From an uncultured Lentisphaeria bacterium (GTDB lineage Bacteria > Verrucomicrobiota > Lentisphaeria > Victivallales > Victivallaceae): DNA of 64,000 nt. Position numbers and translations under genes: made by a program. The number at the start of each line of letters is the position of its first letter. The stretch's first letter is position 1. Where the stretch lies: the NCBI GenBank assembly GCA_903863035.1, contig CAIPAT010000167.1, forward strand, positions 1,963 through 65,962, read 5' to 3'. The notes below the pieces were generated by a model that saw only the letters and a program-made list of their open reading frames with translations, made no database searches and had not been told where the DNA came from. Positions 28,444 to 38,464 of the stretch are shown one piece after another.

Positions 28444-29451
28444 TTAAAGCTCCATCATCCAATGGTGAGTATCAGGAATTTCACCATATTGAATACCGGT
28501 CACCCGGTCATAAAGCTTTTTGAGCACCGGGCCCATCGTTTCGGTATTGTAAGCATACACTTTATCGCCGTGGTGGATTTTGGCTACAGGAGTGATAACT
28601 ACGGCAGTGCCGCAGGCTCCAACTTCGGCGAACGTTGTCAGTTCAGTTTCCGGAACGGGGCGTCTCTCCACCGCAATGCCGAGGTCTTCCGCGATTGTCA
28701 TCAGCGATTTATTGGTTATACTGGGCAGAATTGACGGCGATTCCGGCGTGACGTATCTGCCATCCGGCGTAATCGCCATAAAATTGCTGGTGCCGAACTC
28801 TTCAATAAACGAATGGGTTTTTGAATCCAGAAAGAGCGCGACGGCGCAACCGTGTTTCTTGGCGATCTTCGACGGCAGCAGGCTGGCGGCATAATTTCCG
28901 GCAACCTTGGTGTGTCCTGTGCCGCATGGCGCCGCGCGGTCAATATCGTCAACGATCATGGCTTCAACCGGCTTGATCCCGCCTTTATAATAGGGACCGA
29001 CCGGAACCACCATTACGATGAATTCATAGGTTTCGCTGGCGGAGATTCCGATTTGCGGACTGGTTCCGACAACTACCGGGCGAATATAAAGCGATCCGCC
29101 GGTACCGTAAGGCGGAACATATTCAATATTGTCCCGGATAACAGTTTTTACCGCGTCTATAAAAGTTGCCTCTGGAATTTCCGGCATCAGCAGATGGCGG
29201 AGCGAGCTGTTCAGCCGCCGGGCATTTTCTTCAGGACGGAATATCCGTACTTTTCGGTCTTTACAGGAAAAAGCTTTCAAGCCTTCAAATGCCGCCTGTC
29301 CGTAGTGCATGCAGTTTGATGCCACGGAAAGCTCAATCTTATAGTCATTGTGGAGGCAGCCTTCTCCCCATTTTCCGTTTTCATAAGTGAAACGGATGTT
29401 TGACTTGGTCGGGAGGAACTCAAAGCCAAGTTTTGTCCATTCGATGTTCAT
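28444..29451 (-). CDS. ilvE: Branched-chain amino acid aminotransferase
   Basis: I chose the internal ATG at 29451 (MNIEWTKLGFEF...). It has the class IV aminotransferase blocks YGQAAFEGLKAF, GTGGSLYIRP and GTSNF. Confidence 0.9.
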   Translation of the reverse strand: MNIEWTKLGFEFLPTKSNIRFTYENGKWGEGCLHNDYKIELSVASNCMHYGQAAFEGLKAFSCKDRKVRIFRPEENARRLNSSLRHLLMPEIPEATFIDAVKTVIRDNIEYVPPYGTGGSLYIRPVVVGTSPQIGISASETYEFIVMVVPVGPYYKGGIKPVEAMIVDDIDRAAPCGTGHTKVAGNYAASLLPSKIAKKHGCAVALFLDSKTHSFIEEFGTSNFMAITPDGRYVTPESPSILPSITNKSLMTIAEDLGIAVERRPVPETELTTFAEVGACGTAVVITPVAKIHHGDKVYAYNTETMGPVLKKLYDRVTGIQYGEIPDTHHWMMEL

Positions 29452-29758
29452 AATCAATATCCATAAATAAGTGTTACAGATTTCTTTATTTCTAAACGGA
29501 ATGCCGGACAGAACACTGCTTTTTCTGAAAATTGCTGAAAACTGGCAATTTATCAAAATTCGCATTTAAGGCCCGGAAAACACTGTTTAATCTCGAAAAC
29601 TAAGAAATCAATTCAAAAAAAATAAAAAAATCATAAAAAAATGCGTTAAAACAACGTACTATAACTTTACAATAGCAATTATCAATATTAAAGTTATATA
29701 AATCAAAATTCATTATTTAAAAAATCTTAATTCTTAATAACAAGGTGGAGATAGAAAG

Positions 29759-30352
29759 ATGAAAATGTGGAAGCATTTATTCCTCGCGTTGATGGTAGTG
29801 GCGGTTGTAGGTACAACAGGTGCCGGTTGCAGTCTTTTTGACAATTCCGATCCTAAACAGCTTACCGGGACAATTCCTCCTCCGATTGGCGGAGATCCGG
29901 ATGACCTTGGTATTAAGGGCGACAAAGACCCCAATGCCTGGGGCAAGGGAGCCAATGACGGTTCTCTGGGCAAGATACCGGGAGAATTTACTGCCGATCC
30001 GCGTTATGCCGGGCTGCTCAAGCCGGTTTACTTTGATTTCGACAAAGATAACATTAAGGCCGGCGAACAGGGCAAGATTGCCGCAGGCGCCAAATTTCTT
30101 CAGGAACATGCCGATTCAGTCATGATCATTGAAGGTAACTGCGATGATCGCGGCACTGAAGAATACAACCGCGCCCTTGGCGAAAGACGTGCTATCACCG
30201 TCAGAAACGCGTTGCAGGCTGCAGGCGTTCAGGATGATCGCATGAAGACCATCAGTTACGGCAAAGACCGTCCTGCTGTTGAAGGTAATACTGAAGAAGC
30301 CAGAGCCAAGAATCGTCGCGGCGAACTTGTTCCGGCAACCAAGAACAAATAA
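29759..30352 (+). CDS. pal: Peptidoglycan-associated lipoprotein (OmpA-family C-terminal domain)
   Basis: 197 aa. It has the lipobox TGAGC and the OmpA_C block IEGNCDDRGTEEYNRALGERRAITVRNAL. Confidence 0.85.
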   Translation: MKMWKHLFLALMVVAVVGTTGAGCSLFDNSDPKQLTGTIPPPIGGDPDDLGIKGDKDPNAWGKGANDGSLGKIPGEFTADPRYAGLLKPVYFDFDKDNIKAGEQGKIAAGAKFLQEHADSVMIIEGNCDDRGTEEYNRALGERRAITVRNALQAAGVQDDRMKTISYGKDRPAVEGNTEEARAKNRRGELVPATKNK

Positions 30353-30368
30353 ATGATGATTTAATTTA

Positions 30369-30400
30369 AATCCCGGGTATCTCTGCCCGGGATTTTTTTT
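30369..30400 (+). terminator. Rho-independent terminator after pal
   Basis: The stem aatcccggg/cccgggatt has an 8-nt loop and is followed by a T-run ending at 30400. Confidence 0.8.
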
Positions 30401-30488
30401 CCCGGTTTTATTTGTATATCGGTCTAGAAAATTTTCTTGAGTTTATGTAGTTGAAATACTTAAAAATAGTAACACAAAGGAACGTATT

Positions 30489-31685
30489 ATGAGCAAGATT
30501 CATGCTGAACATGTTTTTACCTCCGAGTCTGTTTCAGAGGGACATCCCGATAAAGTCTGCGACCAGATTTCAGATGCAATTCTCGATGCCTGCCTGAAAG
30601 ACGATCCGAACAGCCGGGTAGCCTGCGAAACTCTCGCGACGACGGACTTAATTGTTATTTCCGGTGAAATTACCACAAAATCCCAGGTCAACTGGGAACA
30701 GGTTGCGCGCAAAGTAGTTTCTGAAATCGGATATAATGACGGCACCATCGGTTTTTGCGCTGAAAGCTGCAAAGTAATGATCTGTATTCATAAACAGTCT
30801 CCGGATATTTCACAAGGCGTTACCGCTGGACAGGGACTCTTCAAGGAACAGGGAGCCGGCGATCAGGGAATGATGTTTGGTTTCGCCACTGACGAAACCC
30901 CGGAACTGATGCCTGCACCGATTGTTTACGCGCACCAGATCGTCAAGGAGCTTGCCAGGTTAAGAAAAACTAAACCGAAAAAATATGCGTTCCTCCGCCC
31001 GGATGCCAAGAGCCAGGTTTCTATCCGCTATAAAGACGGCAAGCCGGTCGGAGTCGAAACCATCGTTCTTTCTCATCAGCATACACCGGACATGAAAATT
31101 GAAGAATTAACCGCGCTGGTCAAAGAAGTATCGAAGAAAGTAATCCCCAAAAACATGATGCATTCCAGCATTAAATACTATGTTAATCCTACCGGCAGAT
31201 TCGAAGTCGGCGGCCCTCATGGTGACACAGGGCTTACCGGACGCAAAATTATCGTTGATACTTACGGCGGTGTCGGATCTCACGGCGGCGGTGCTTTTTC
31301 AGGAAAGGACCCTTCCAAAGTTGACCGCTCTGCCGCTTATATGTGCAGATACATTGCCAAGAACATTGTTGCCTCCGGACTGGCGAATAAATGCGAAGTC
31401 CAGGTTTCCTACGCTATCGGCGTAGCTGAACCGCTGAGCATCAATGCCGATACCTATCGTACCGGCAAGATCAAGGACGATGCAGTGCTGGAAAAAATCA
31501 TTCGTGAAGTATTCAGCCTGAAACCGGCAGCGATTCTGGAGACATTGCAGCTTAAGAAACCGTCTGCCAACGGCTGGAGCTATCAGGATACTGCCGCATA
31601 CGGTCATTTCGGACGCGAAGGTTTCCCATGGGAAAAAGTTGACAAGGTCAAAGAGCTGAAAAAAGCTGCTGCCAAGTACCTTTAA
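30489..31685 (+). CDS. metK: S-adenosylmethionine synthetase
   Basis: 398 aa. It has [32 protein letters not shown] and [19 protein letters not shown]. Confidence 0.97.
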   Translation: MSKIHAEHVFTSESVSEGHPDKVCDQISDAILDACLKDDPNSRVACETLATTDLIVISGEITTKSQVNWEQVARKVVSEIGYNDGTIGFCAESCKVMICIHKQSPDISQGVTAGQGLFKEQGAGDQGMMFGFATDETPELMPAPIVYAHQIVKELARLRKTKPKKYAFLRPDAKSQVSIRYKDGKPVGVETIVLSHQHTPDMKIEELTALVKEVSKKVIPKNMMHSSIKYYVNPTGRFEVGGPHGDTGLTGRKIIVDTYGGVGSHGGGAFSGKDPSKVDRSAAYMCRYIAKNIVASGLANKCEVQVSYAIGVAEPLSINADTYRTGKIKDDAVLEKIIREVFSLKPAAILETLQLKKPSANGWSYQDTAAYGHFGREGFPWEKVDKVKELKKAAAKYL

Positions 31686-31707
31686 TCTGTAAAGACAGGA
31701 ATGCCGG

Positions 31708-32694
31708 ATGAATAAGAATACCCCTGCGGTGCTCGGAGCAGGCTCCCCGATTGTTGATATGCTGGTCAGTACGGATGATTGCTTCCTGAAATCCATCGCA
31801 GCCGCCAAAGGCGGCATGGAACTGGTTGATCAGTCCATGATCGAAGTCCTGCTCAGTAAGATTCCCGGCAATCCGGTAAAAGCTCCCGGCGGTTCCGCCG
31901 GGAATACCATTTTCGGACTAGCCCGGCTCGGCGTCCCGGTGGCTTTCCTCGGAAAAGTAGGCACTGACGCCGACGGCGATTACTACCGGAAACGTCTGGT
32001 TGAGCTCGGCGGCAGAGATGCTTCTTTCCGCCTTGACAGTTCCGCCCATACCGGGCGCTGCGTAAGCATGATCACCCCCGATTCCGAACGCACCATGCGT
32101 ACCGACCTGGGCGCGGCTGCCCGCATGACGGCGGCTGAAGTCCTGGATGCTGATTTCGAAAAGATCGCACATGTCCATATCGAAGGGTATTTGCTTTTTG
32201 TCGGCGATCTGGCGGAAAAAGTTCTGTCCACCGCCAAAAAGCACGGATGTACGATCAGCCTGGATCTGGCCACCTTCGAACTGGTAAAATTCAAGCGCGA
32301 CGTTCTACCCGGACTACTGAAAGAATATGTGGATATCGTTTTTGCCAATGAAGATGAAGCCAGAGAATTCTGCGGCGATATTGCGCCTGAACAAATGGCG
32401 GAAAAACTCGGAGAATACTGCGAGATTGCCGCAGTTAAACTGGGCCGTGAAGGCTCCTGCATCAAAGATAAAAACGGCATTGTCCGCGTCCCTGCCGAGC
32501 TGGTAAAGGCAGTTGACACCACTGGTGCCGGCGACCTGTGGCAGACCGGATTCCTTTATGGTTATCTCAACGGCTGTCCGATGGCCGATTGCGCTCGTTT
32601 CGGTTCAATCACCGCCGCGGAAGTCGTACAGGTAATCGGGGCGGACATCCCGGAAGAGCGCTGGACAATAATCCGCAGAAAATTACAGGCTTGA
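31708..32694 (+). CDS. PfkB-family kinase, probable adenosine kinase
   Basis: 328 aa. It has GGSAGNT and VDTTGAGDLW. Its position between metK and ahcY fits a SAM-cycle context. Confidence 0.75.
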   Translation: MNKNTPAVLGAGSPIVDMLVSTDDCFLKSIAAAKGGMELVDQSMIEVLLSKIPGNPVKAPGGSAGNTIFGLARLGVPVAFLGKVGTDADGDYYRKRLVELGGRDASFRLDSSAHTGRCVSMITPDSERTMRTDLGAAARMTAAEVLDADFEKIAHVHIEGYLLFVGDLAEKVLSTAKKHGCTISLDLATFELVKFKRDVLPGLLKEYVDIVFANEDEAREFCGDIAPEQMAEKLGEYCEIAAVKLGREGSCIKDKNGIVRVPAELVKAVDTTGAGDLWQTGFLYGYLNGCPMADCARFGSITAAEVVQVIGADIPEERWTIIRRKLQA

Positions 32695-32831
32695 AGCAGA
32701 TGTATTTAAAAAAGAGAATCATCCCGGTCATGTTGTCTGGAAAATTACTGGAAGAAGCCGGCGGTTTCTAGCGCGGCGCTGTTCTTTTCTTTTGCCGAAT
32801 ATATAAATAAACTAATAAATGGAGAGATACT

Positions 32832-34238
32832 ATGGATTACAAAGTAGCAGATATGAAACTGGCGGATTTCGGACGCAAAGAAATCGAAATCGCCGAAAAA
32901 GAAATGCCCGGCCTGATGGCCACATGCGAGAAATATGGTAAAACCAAACCGCTGAAAGGCCTCCGGATCATGGGCAGCCTGCACATGACCATTCAGACCG
33001 CAGTACTGATTGAAACGCTGGTAAAACTGGGTGCCGATGTCAGATGGTGCTCCTGCAACATCTTCTCAACCCAGGATCATGCTGCCGCGGCAATTGCCAA
33101 GGCTGGTGTTCCGGTATTTGCCTGGAAGGGCGAGTCTCTGGAAGACTACTGGGATTGCACCTACCGCGCCATCACCTGGCCGGACGGCAAAGGCCCGGAT
33201 CAGATCGTTGATGACGGCGGCGACGCCACCTTGCTGATTCATCGCGGCTATCAGGCGGAAAACGATGCTTCCATCCTCGATGTCCCGACTGACAACAAAG
33301 AATTGCAGATTATCAATAAACTGATTAAGAAAATTCTCAAAAAAGATAAAAAACACTGGCACAATGTGGCAAAAAAAGTCATCGGCGTTTCCGAAGAGAC
33401 CACCACAGGAGTTCACCGCCTCGTCCAGATGGAGGAAAAAGGCGAACTACTGTTCCAGGCGATTAACGTCAATGACTCAGTGACCAAGAGTAAATTCGAT
33501 AACATTTACGGCTGCCGCCATTCGCTGACCGACGCCATCAAGCGCGCGCTCGACGTGCTGATTTCCGGCAAGACCGCCATGGTCTGCGGTTACGGTGACG
33601 TCGGCAAGGGTTCCGCCGAAGCCATGCGCAATGAACGCGCCCAGATCATGGTCAGCGAAATTGACCCTATCTGCGCCCTCCAGGCCTGCATGGCCGGGTT
33701 CAAGGTCTGCACCGTGGAAGACGCCCTGCCCTATGCCGATATTTACGTGACCACCACCGGCAACAGCGACATCATCACCGCTGAACATATCAGCCGGATG
33801 AAAGATCAGGCCATCGTCTGCAATATCGGTCATTTCGACAATGAAATTCAAGTCGAAGCGCTGGAAAACTGGCCCGGCGTCAAAAAGGAAGTCATCAAAG
33901 GCAGCTCCTGCCCGGTAACCCGTTATAAGTTCAAAGACGGTCATTCCGTATATCTGCTGGCTGAAGGCCGCCTGGTCAATCTGGGCTGCGCCACCGGTCA
34001 CCCGAGCTTCGTAATGTCATGCAGCTTCACCAACCAGACGCTGGCTCAGATCGACATCGCTAAGAACCCGAAACGCAGTGTCGGCGTTTACCGTCTGTCC
34101 AAGAAACTTGACGAAGAAGTTGCCGCGCTGCATCTGGCCAAACTCGGCGCCAAGCTGACCAAGCTGTCAAAGAAGCAGGCCGAATACATCGGCGTCCCGG
34201 TCGAAGGCCCCTACAAACCGGAACATTACAGATATTAA
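32832..34238 (+). CDS. ahcY: Adenosylhomocysteinase
   Basis: 468 aa. It has [35 protein letters not shown], and the C-terminal tail [10 protein letters not shown]. Confidence 0.97.
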   Translation: MDYKVADMKLADFGRKEIEIAEKEMPGLMATCEKYGKTKPLKGLRIMGSLHMTIQTAVLIETLVKLGADVRWCSCNIFSTQDHAAAAIAKAGVPVFAWKGESLEDYWDCTYRAITWPDGKGPDQIVDDGGDATLLIHRGYQAENDASILDVPTDNKELQIINKLIKKILKKDKKHWHNVAKKVIGVSEETTTGVHRLVQMEEKGELLFQAINVNDSVTKSKFDNIYGCRHSLTDAIKRALDVLISGKTAMVCGYGDVGKGSAEAMRNERAQIMVSEIDPICALQACMAGFKVCTVEDALPYADIYVTTTGNSDIITAEHISRMKDQAIVCNIGHFDNEIQVEALENWPGVKKEVIKGSSCPVTRYKFKDGHSVYLLAEGRLVNLGCATGHPSFVMSCSFTNQTLAQIDIAKNPKRSVGVYRLSKKLDEEVAALHLAKLGAKLTKLSKKQAEYIGVPVEGPYKPEHYRY

Positions 34239-34258
34239 TCAGCAGTAGTTCGATATAC

Positions 34259-34296
34259 AGCGGGAAAGAACTGAACAAGTTTTTTCCCGCTTTTTT
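34259..34296 (+). terminator. Rho-independent terminator after ahcY
   Basis: The stem agcgggaaa/tttcccgct (34259-34267 / 34283-34291) is followed by T6. The same sequence recurs at 46868-46906. Confidence 0.8.
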
Positions 34297-34316
34297 ATTG
34301 GCCATCCCCGCGAGTT

Positions 34317-35237
34317 TCAGTTTTTCAGTTTGAGTTCCACTAATATTTTAATAATCTCTTTACTCTGTTTTTGTCCGAAAGCGTTAAATGGTTCCGCCAT
34401 AAAACTGCTGCAAATGTCAAGACAATTTAATGCGCACTTGATGCCCTTGATGAGGCTCGATGTATATTGCCCGCATGAATACAGCTTTCTTAGAATAAAT
34501 ATTTTTTTCTGCAATTCAAGGATTGTGGTTATATCCCCTTTTTTTGCTGCATTGTAAATATTCACATACAGTTGCGGGAATATATTTGCGCCGCCGGGAA
34601 TGCCGCCGCTTCCGCCAAATAACACCGACTCCGCCAGCAGTTCTTCCGGTCCGATCAGTAAGCTGAATGCAGTTTTATCTTTCATGGCGGCAATATATTC
34701 ATGAAATTTTATCATGCTGCAGCTGCTGTCTTTAAATCCAATAACTCCATCAATTTCCGATGCTTTGCACAATGTATCAACATCGATATTGACCTTCGTC
34801 ATGGCCGGCATATTGTAAAGAAACAAGGGCAGCGGCAGTTTGGGTGTTATATGCTCAAAGTATTCCAGCAATTCCTGCTGGCCTGGAGGGAAATAATAAG
34901 GCGGGGCCAGTACCAGCGCGTTCGCGCCGCATTCCGCGGCATGTTCCGCCAGATTAATCGACTCCGCGAAAGAAGTATCGGTTATTCCTACTAAAAGCGG
35001 AACCCGGCGGTTCACAATCTCCGATGACCTCTTAACCATTTGATATTTTAATTTTAAACTGAGGCTGGGTCCTTCACCGGTTGTTCCCAGCAGAAAGAGA
35101 CCGTGAACTCCACCTTTAAGCACGTGCTCTATCAGTTTTTCAAGTCCCGGACAATCCAGACTGTTTTCATCGGCCAGCGGAGTAACCAATGGCGGAATAA
35201 TGCCGGTTAATGGCTTTTTTAAAAATCGTTCTTGCAT
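34317..35237 (-). CDS. DapA/NanA-family class I aldolase (dihydrodipicolinate synthase family; possibly N-acetylneuraminate lyase-like)
   Basis: 306 aa. It has GTTGEGPSLS and the GFKDSS Schiff-base lysine block. It is adjacent to a BNR sialidase-like gene. Confidence 0.75.
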   Translation of the reverse strand: MQERFLKKPLTGIIPPLVTPLADENSLDCPGLEKLIEHVLKGGVHGLFLLGTTGEGPSLSLKLKYQMVKRSSEIVNRRVPLLVGITDTSFAESINLAEHAAECGANALVLAPPYYFPPGQQELLEYFEHITPKLPLPLFLYNMPAMTKVNIDVDTLCKASEIDGVIGFKDSSCSMIKFHEYIAAMKDKTAFSLLIGPEELLAESVLFGGSGGIPGGANIFPQLYVNIYNAAKKGDITTILELQKKIFILRKLYSCGQYTSSLIKGIKCALNCLDICSSFMAEPFNAFGQKQSKEIIKILVELKLKN

Positions 35238-35256
35238 AGTTTTAACCTCTTCCTTG

Positions 35257-36261
35257 TTAATTTTTGAATTTACTGCTGATATCCTGCGGGGTTAACTTAA
35301 CGAAAGCAATACTTTCTCTTCCCCATGTATAAGTAATTGCCGCGCCGCCGTCACTGGTTGCGATGACGGCGGGATAGGAATATTCCCTGTCCGGTACGGT
35401 TTCGATATCCAGCCTCTTCCCCCAGCTTTCGCCGTTATCCGGAGAAACGGCCAGGGTCAGCGGCCAGCGGACTCCCCAGCTTTTGCTGACGGGATTAAAT
35501 GCGAGCAATAATTTTCCGTCTGCCAGTTTTGCCAGATCAATGCCGCTGTTATTGCTTGGCAGGCTGGTTTCATATATTGCGCTCCAAGCTCGTCCGCCGT
35601 CACTGGAATCACTGCGGCAAATCTTTCCGGAGTTACTCCTGAGCAGCATATGTACATTGCCGGGGCTTGATTCCCAAAGCGCGGGTTGAATCACCCCCGG
35701 CGGCGCTTCTTTGCCAAGTTCATTCAGCCCGGTGACTGTTTTATTCACCGTAATAAAATTGCTCCGGATCCAGGTACTGCCGCGGTCCGTGCTTCTGTCA
35801 ACAAATGCCTGCCATGAACCTATTTCATTTGAAGCCGGTGCCAGCCAGGTGCCGTCAGACAGTTCAAGGCATTTGTTTTTTACCGGTCCTCTTCCGCCAA
35901 TATCGCCAGCTATAAGTTCACCTGGAATCGACCAGTTCTCTCCATTGTCGGCTGAAGACATTACCAGCGTCTGCCAGTGGCTGCAATTATTTCCTACTTT
36001 GAAATAAAGGAAAATTTTGCTGCCGTTTCCTCTGAACAGCACCGGATTCCAGTGAGGGAGATCATTGACTTTTGCAAGGAGTTCCGGTTTCGACCAGACG
36101 CCGGCTCTTCTTTTCGCCCCCCAGATCGCCACATCATCCTTACCCTCTTTGCTGCCGCCAAACCAGGCAGCCAGAAAATCTCCGTTTCCCAGTTCAATAA
36201 TAGTCGATGCGTGGCATTCTTTAAAATGCTCAGGATTTTTAAATATGAATTCTTTAATCAC
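35257..36261 (-). CDS. BNR/Asp-box repeat sialidase-family protein (no signal peptide)
   Basis: 334 aa with four Asp-boxes (S-x-D-x-G-x-x-W): SADNGENW, STDRGSTW, SSDGGRAW, SPDNGESW. Confidence 0.8.
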   Translation of the reverse strand: MIKEFIFKNPEHFKECHASTIIELGNGDFLAAWFGGSKEGKDDVAIWGAKRRAGVWSKPELLAKVNDLPHWNPVLFRGNGSKIFLYFKVGNNCSHWQTLVMSSADNGENWSIPGELIAGDIGGRGPVKNKCLELSDGTWLAPASNEIGSWQAFVDRSTDRGSTWIRSNFITVNKTVTGLNELGKEAPPGVIQPALWESSPGNVHMLLRSNSGKICRSDSSDGGRAWSAIYETSLPSNNSGIDLAKLADGKLLLAFNPVSKSWGVRWPLTLAVSPDNGESWGKRLDIETVPDREYSYPAVIATSDGGAAITYTWGRESIAFVKLTPQDISSKFKN

Positions 36262-36501
36262 TTTAATCCGTCCTAAATTTTTGATTTATAATATATTCCG
36301 TATTTATATTATATCCGGCGGAACTCTTCTTTGTCAATATTGAATTTGTTACATAAACTATTCATATGATACCTTTTTAAAATAAATAAATTACGCTTTC
36401 ATCGGTAAGTCCAGTATAAAAGACCTTTCAACAGTTGAAAAGACTAAATTAAAACCTATTATAATATTAAAGAAAGATATCGCCATACAGGCAAATAAAT
36501 T

Positions 36502-37395
36502 ATGACTTCCAGCGGATTAAATGTAGAACATCTGTCAAAGGACTCATTCATAAGTCTGATGCGGCATATTATTGACAGTATTGGCGTGTACAAGGTTTAT
36601 ATCTCGGAGAAAGAACCCGCAAAATCCGGAGCCCTGTCCATGACCTGCGAGTCCCGCATAGACATTCCGCTCAGCGGTCGCAAACATATAGCTTATGCGT
36701 CCAGAGGCAGGATAACCGAAACTGTCATGGAGCCTGGCGAATTACATTATTGCCCGCCTTTTCATTGGAAATGGCCGCTATGGGATTATGTGCATGAGAT
36801 GTCTTCGATAATATATAACTCCGCCTATATCAGAATTACGTACATTAATTTCAGCCAGCTTAATTCTGTTTATGAATCACGCGGCGCAGATATTTATTAT
36901 CATACATCCAAACCGCTGAACGAGGCGGGCAGCGCGTTATTGAGAACTCTTAATCTTATATCTGAACATCCGAACGACGCCGGAGTAGCAGAACTGATTA
37001 CCGGGCTGTTGAAAATCACGCTGGAGGAACTCAAGAAAGATACCCGGCTGCCGGCAGGCAAAGCGGATTTAACCAAACTCCGCATAAAACAGTATATCCA
37101 GGAGAATTTTTACGCCCCGATCAACCGGGCTCATGTAGCTCAAGTATTTGGCATCACTCCAAGCTACATCTCGCGTCTTTTTACGGAAAACGGCGAAGAG
37201 AATTTTAATCATATGCTCCGCCGTTTGCGTTTTGAACATTCCACCTTATTGTTAAAAAACACTAACATGTCGCTTGACGAAATAACCGATGCCTGCGGAT
37301 ATCTCAGCAGTACGTACTTCATTGCCGCATTTAAAAAACATTTTGGCATATCGCCGGGCAGATACCGCCGCATAAATTGTGCTATTCAGAGTTGA
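36502..37395 (+). CDS. AraC-family transcriptional regulator
   Basis: 297 aa. It has a C-terminal double HTH (VAQVFGITPSYISRLF...LDEITDACGYLSSTYFIAAFKKHFGISPGRYR). Confidence 0.8.
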   Translation: MTSSGLNVEHLSKDSFISLMRHIIDSIGVYKVYISEKEPAKSGALSMTCESRIDIPLSGRKHIAYASRGRITETVMEPGELHYCPPFHWKWPLWDYVHEMSSIIYNSAYIRITYINFSQLNSVYESRGADIYYHTSKPLNEAGSALLRTLNLISEHPNDAGVAELITGLLKITLEELKKDTRLPAGKADLTKLRIKQYIQENFYAPINRAHVAQVFGITPSYISRLFTENGEENFNHMLRRLRFEHSTLLLKNTNMSLDEITDACGYLSSTYFIAAFKKHFGISPGRYRRINCAIQS

Positions 37396-37430
37396 ACCCG
37401 TGTTGTAAAAAGCACAGCATATCCAATTGT

Positions 37431-38342
37431 TCATAGTGGCTTTTCTTTACTCTCCGGACTGATGGTTTCTCTGTATGCAGATGGCGTCTTGCATGTCAGG
37501 CGGTGAAATTGGCGGGTGAAATAGTTGCTGTCATTGAACCCGCATTGTTCTGCGATTTCATTTATACTCTGCCGGGTTGATCTTAACATTATTGTGGCCT
37601 GATAAATCCGCAGATGGAGCAGATAATTTACCGGCGTAGTGCCGGTGGCGGCTCCAAACAGCCGCATCATATTCCGTTGCGACATCCCGGCCTTGCCTGC
37701 GAGCAATTTCAAATTGATCTTTTCAGCGTAATGCCGGTTCAGATATGCAACTACATTGCCGATAAGGTTTTTGGTTGACGCCGGCTTCCGGTTTTCACTC
37801 CGTTCATAATTTCTGGCGAACAACAGCATCAGTACCATAAATAGTGCCTGGCTGGCAAATTCATGCGCGTAAGCGCATTCCTCGTGCTCTTTCTCCAGCA
37901 GCCCGCATAAGCGTCGCGTTTCGGCAAGTTCCTCCGTTGACAGATGAATGACAGGAGAGGTAAAATCTTTTTCCGCAGGAATTTTGTTATTGATGGTCAT
38001 GCTGTAGAATTCCGAAGACGCAATATCCAGTCCGGAAATGCCCAGCCGTGCAGGCAGATATAGAATATTGATCAGTTCCAGCTCTTCTGTTTTGTCATAG
38101 CCATGCGCTATTCCCTGCGGAATAAACAGCACGTCCCCGGCTGAGATGAGAGAAGAACTGTCGTTACAATTATGCAGACCACTGCCTTTGAAAATTACCG
38201 CGATTTCGCAAAACTCATGCGTATGAACCCGGGTATGAGACTGCTGACTTATGTGAAGGACAGTGAGCGGCAAATCAAAATATTGAAAGAAAAAATCAGC
38301 CGTTTTATCAAAGGATTTTATTTTTTTTGCCTTTTTGTCCAT
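37431..38342 (-). CDS. AraC-family transcriptional regulator with N-terminal cupin-like domain
   Basis: 303 aa. HTHEFCEIAVIFKGSG is cupin-like. The C-terminus is KLLAGKAGMSQRNMMRLF...INEIAEQCGFNDSNYFTRQFHRLTCKTPSAYR. Confidence 0.85.
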   Translation of the reverse strand: MDKKAKKIKSFDKTADFFFQYFDLPLTVLHISQQSHTRVHTHEFCEIAVIFKGSGLHNCNDSSSLISAGDVLFIPQGIAHGYDKTEELELINILYLPARLGISGLDIASSEFYSMTINNKIPAEKDFTSPVIHLSTEELAETRRLCGLLEKEHEECAYAHEFASQALFMVLMLLFARNYERSENRKPASTKNLIGNVVAYLNRHYAEKINLKLLAGKAGMSQRNMMRLFGAATGTTPVNYLLHLRIYQATIMLRSTRQSINEIAEQCGFNDSNYFTRQFHRLTCKTPSAYRETISPESKEKPL

Positions 38343-38464
38343 ATAATGCTATTCAATGTTGAAACAGTTAAGGTTAAAAGGAAACTTAAGAGTTAAGTTA
38401 AAGATAACAGTAAATTAAGTTTTTGCAATAAATTAAGATTTTTAATAAAAAACGCCTGGGGCAA

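Noticed and set aside
30401-30488. Possible SAM/SAH riboswitches upstream of metK (30401-30488) or ahcY (32695-32831), and a preQ1 riboswitch upstream of queC (21096-21259)
   Set aside because: I could not find the conserved cores of these riboswitch classes by eye. An Infernal/Rfam scan would be needed, so no claim is made.
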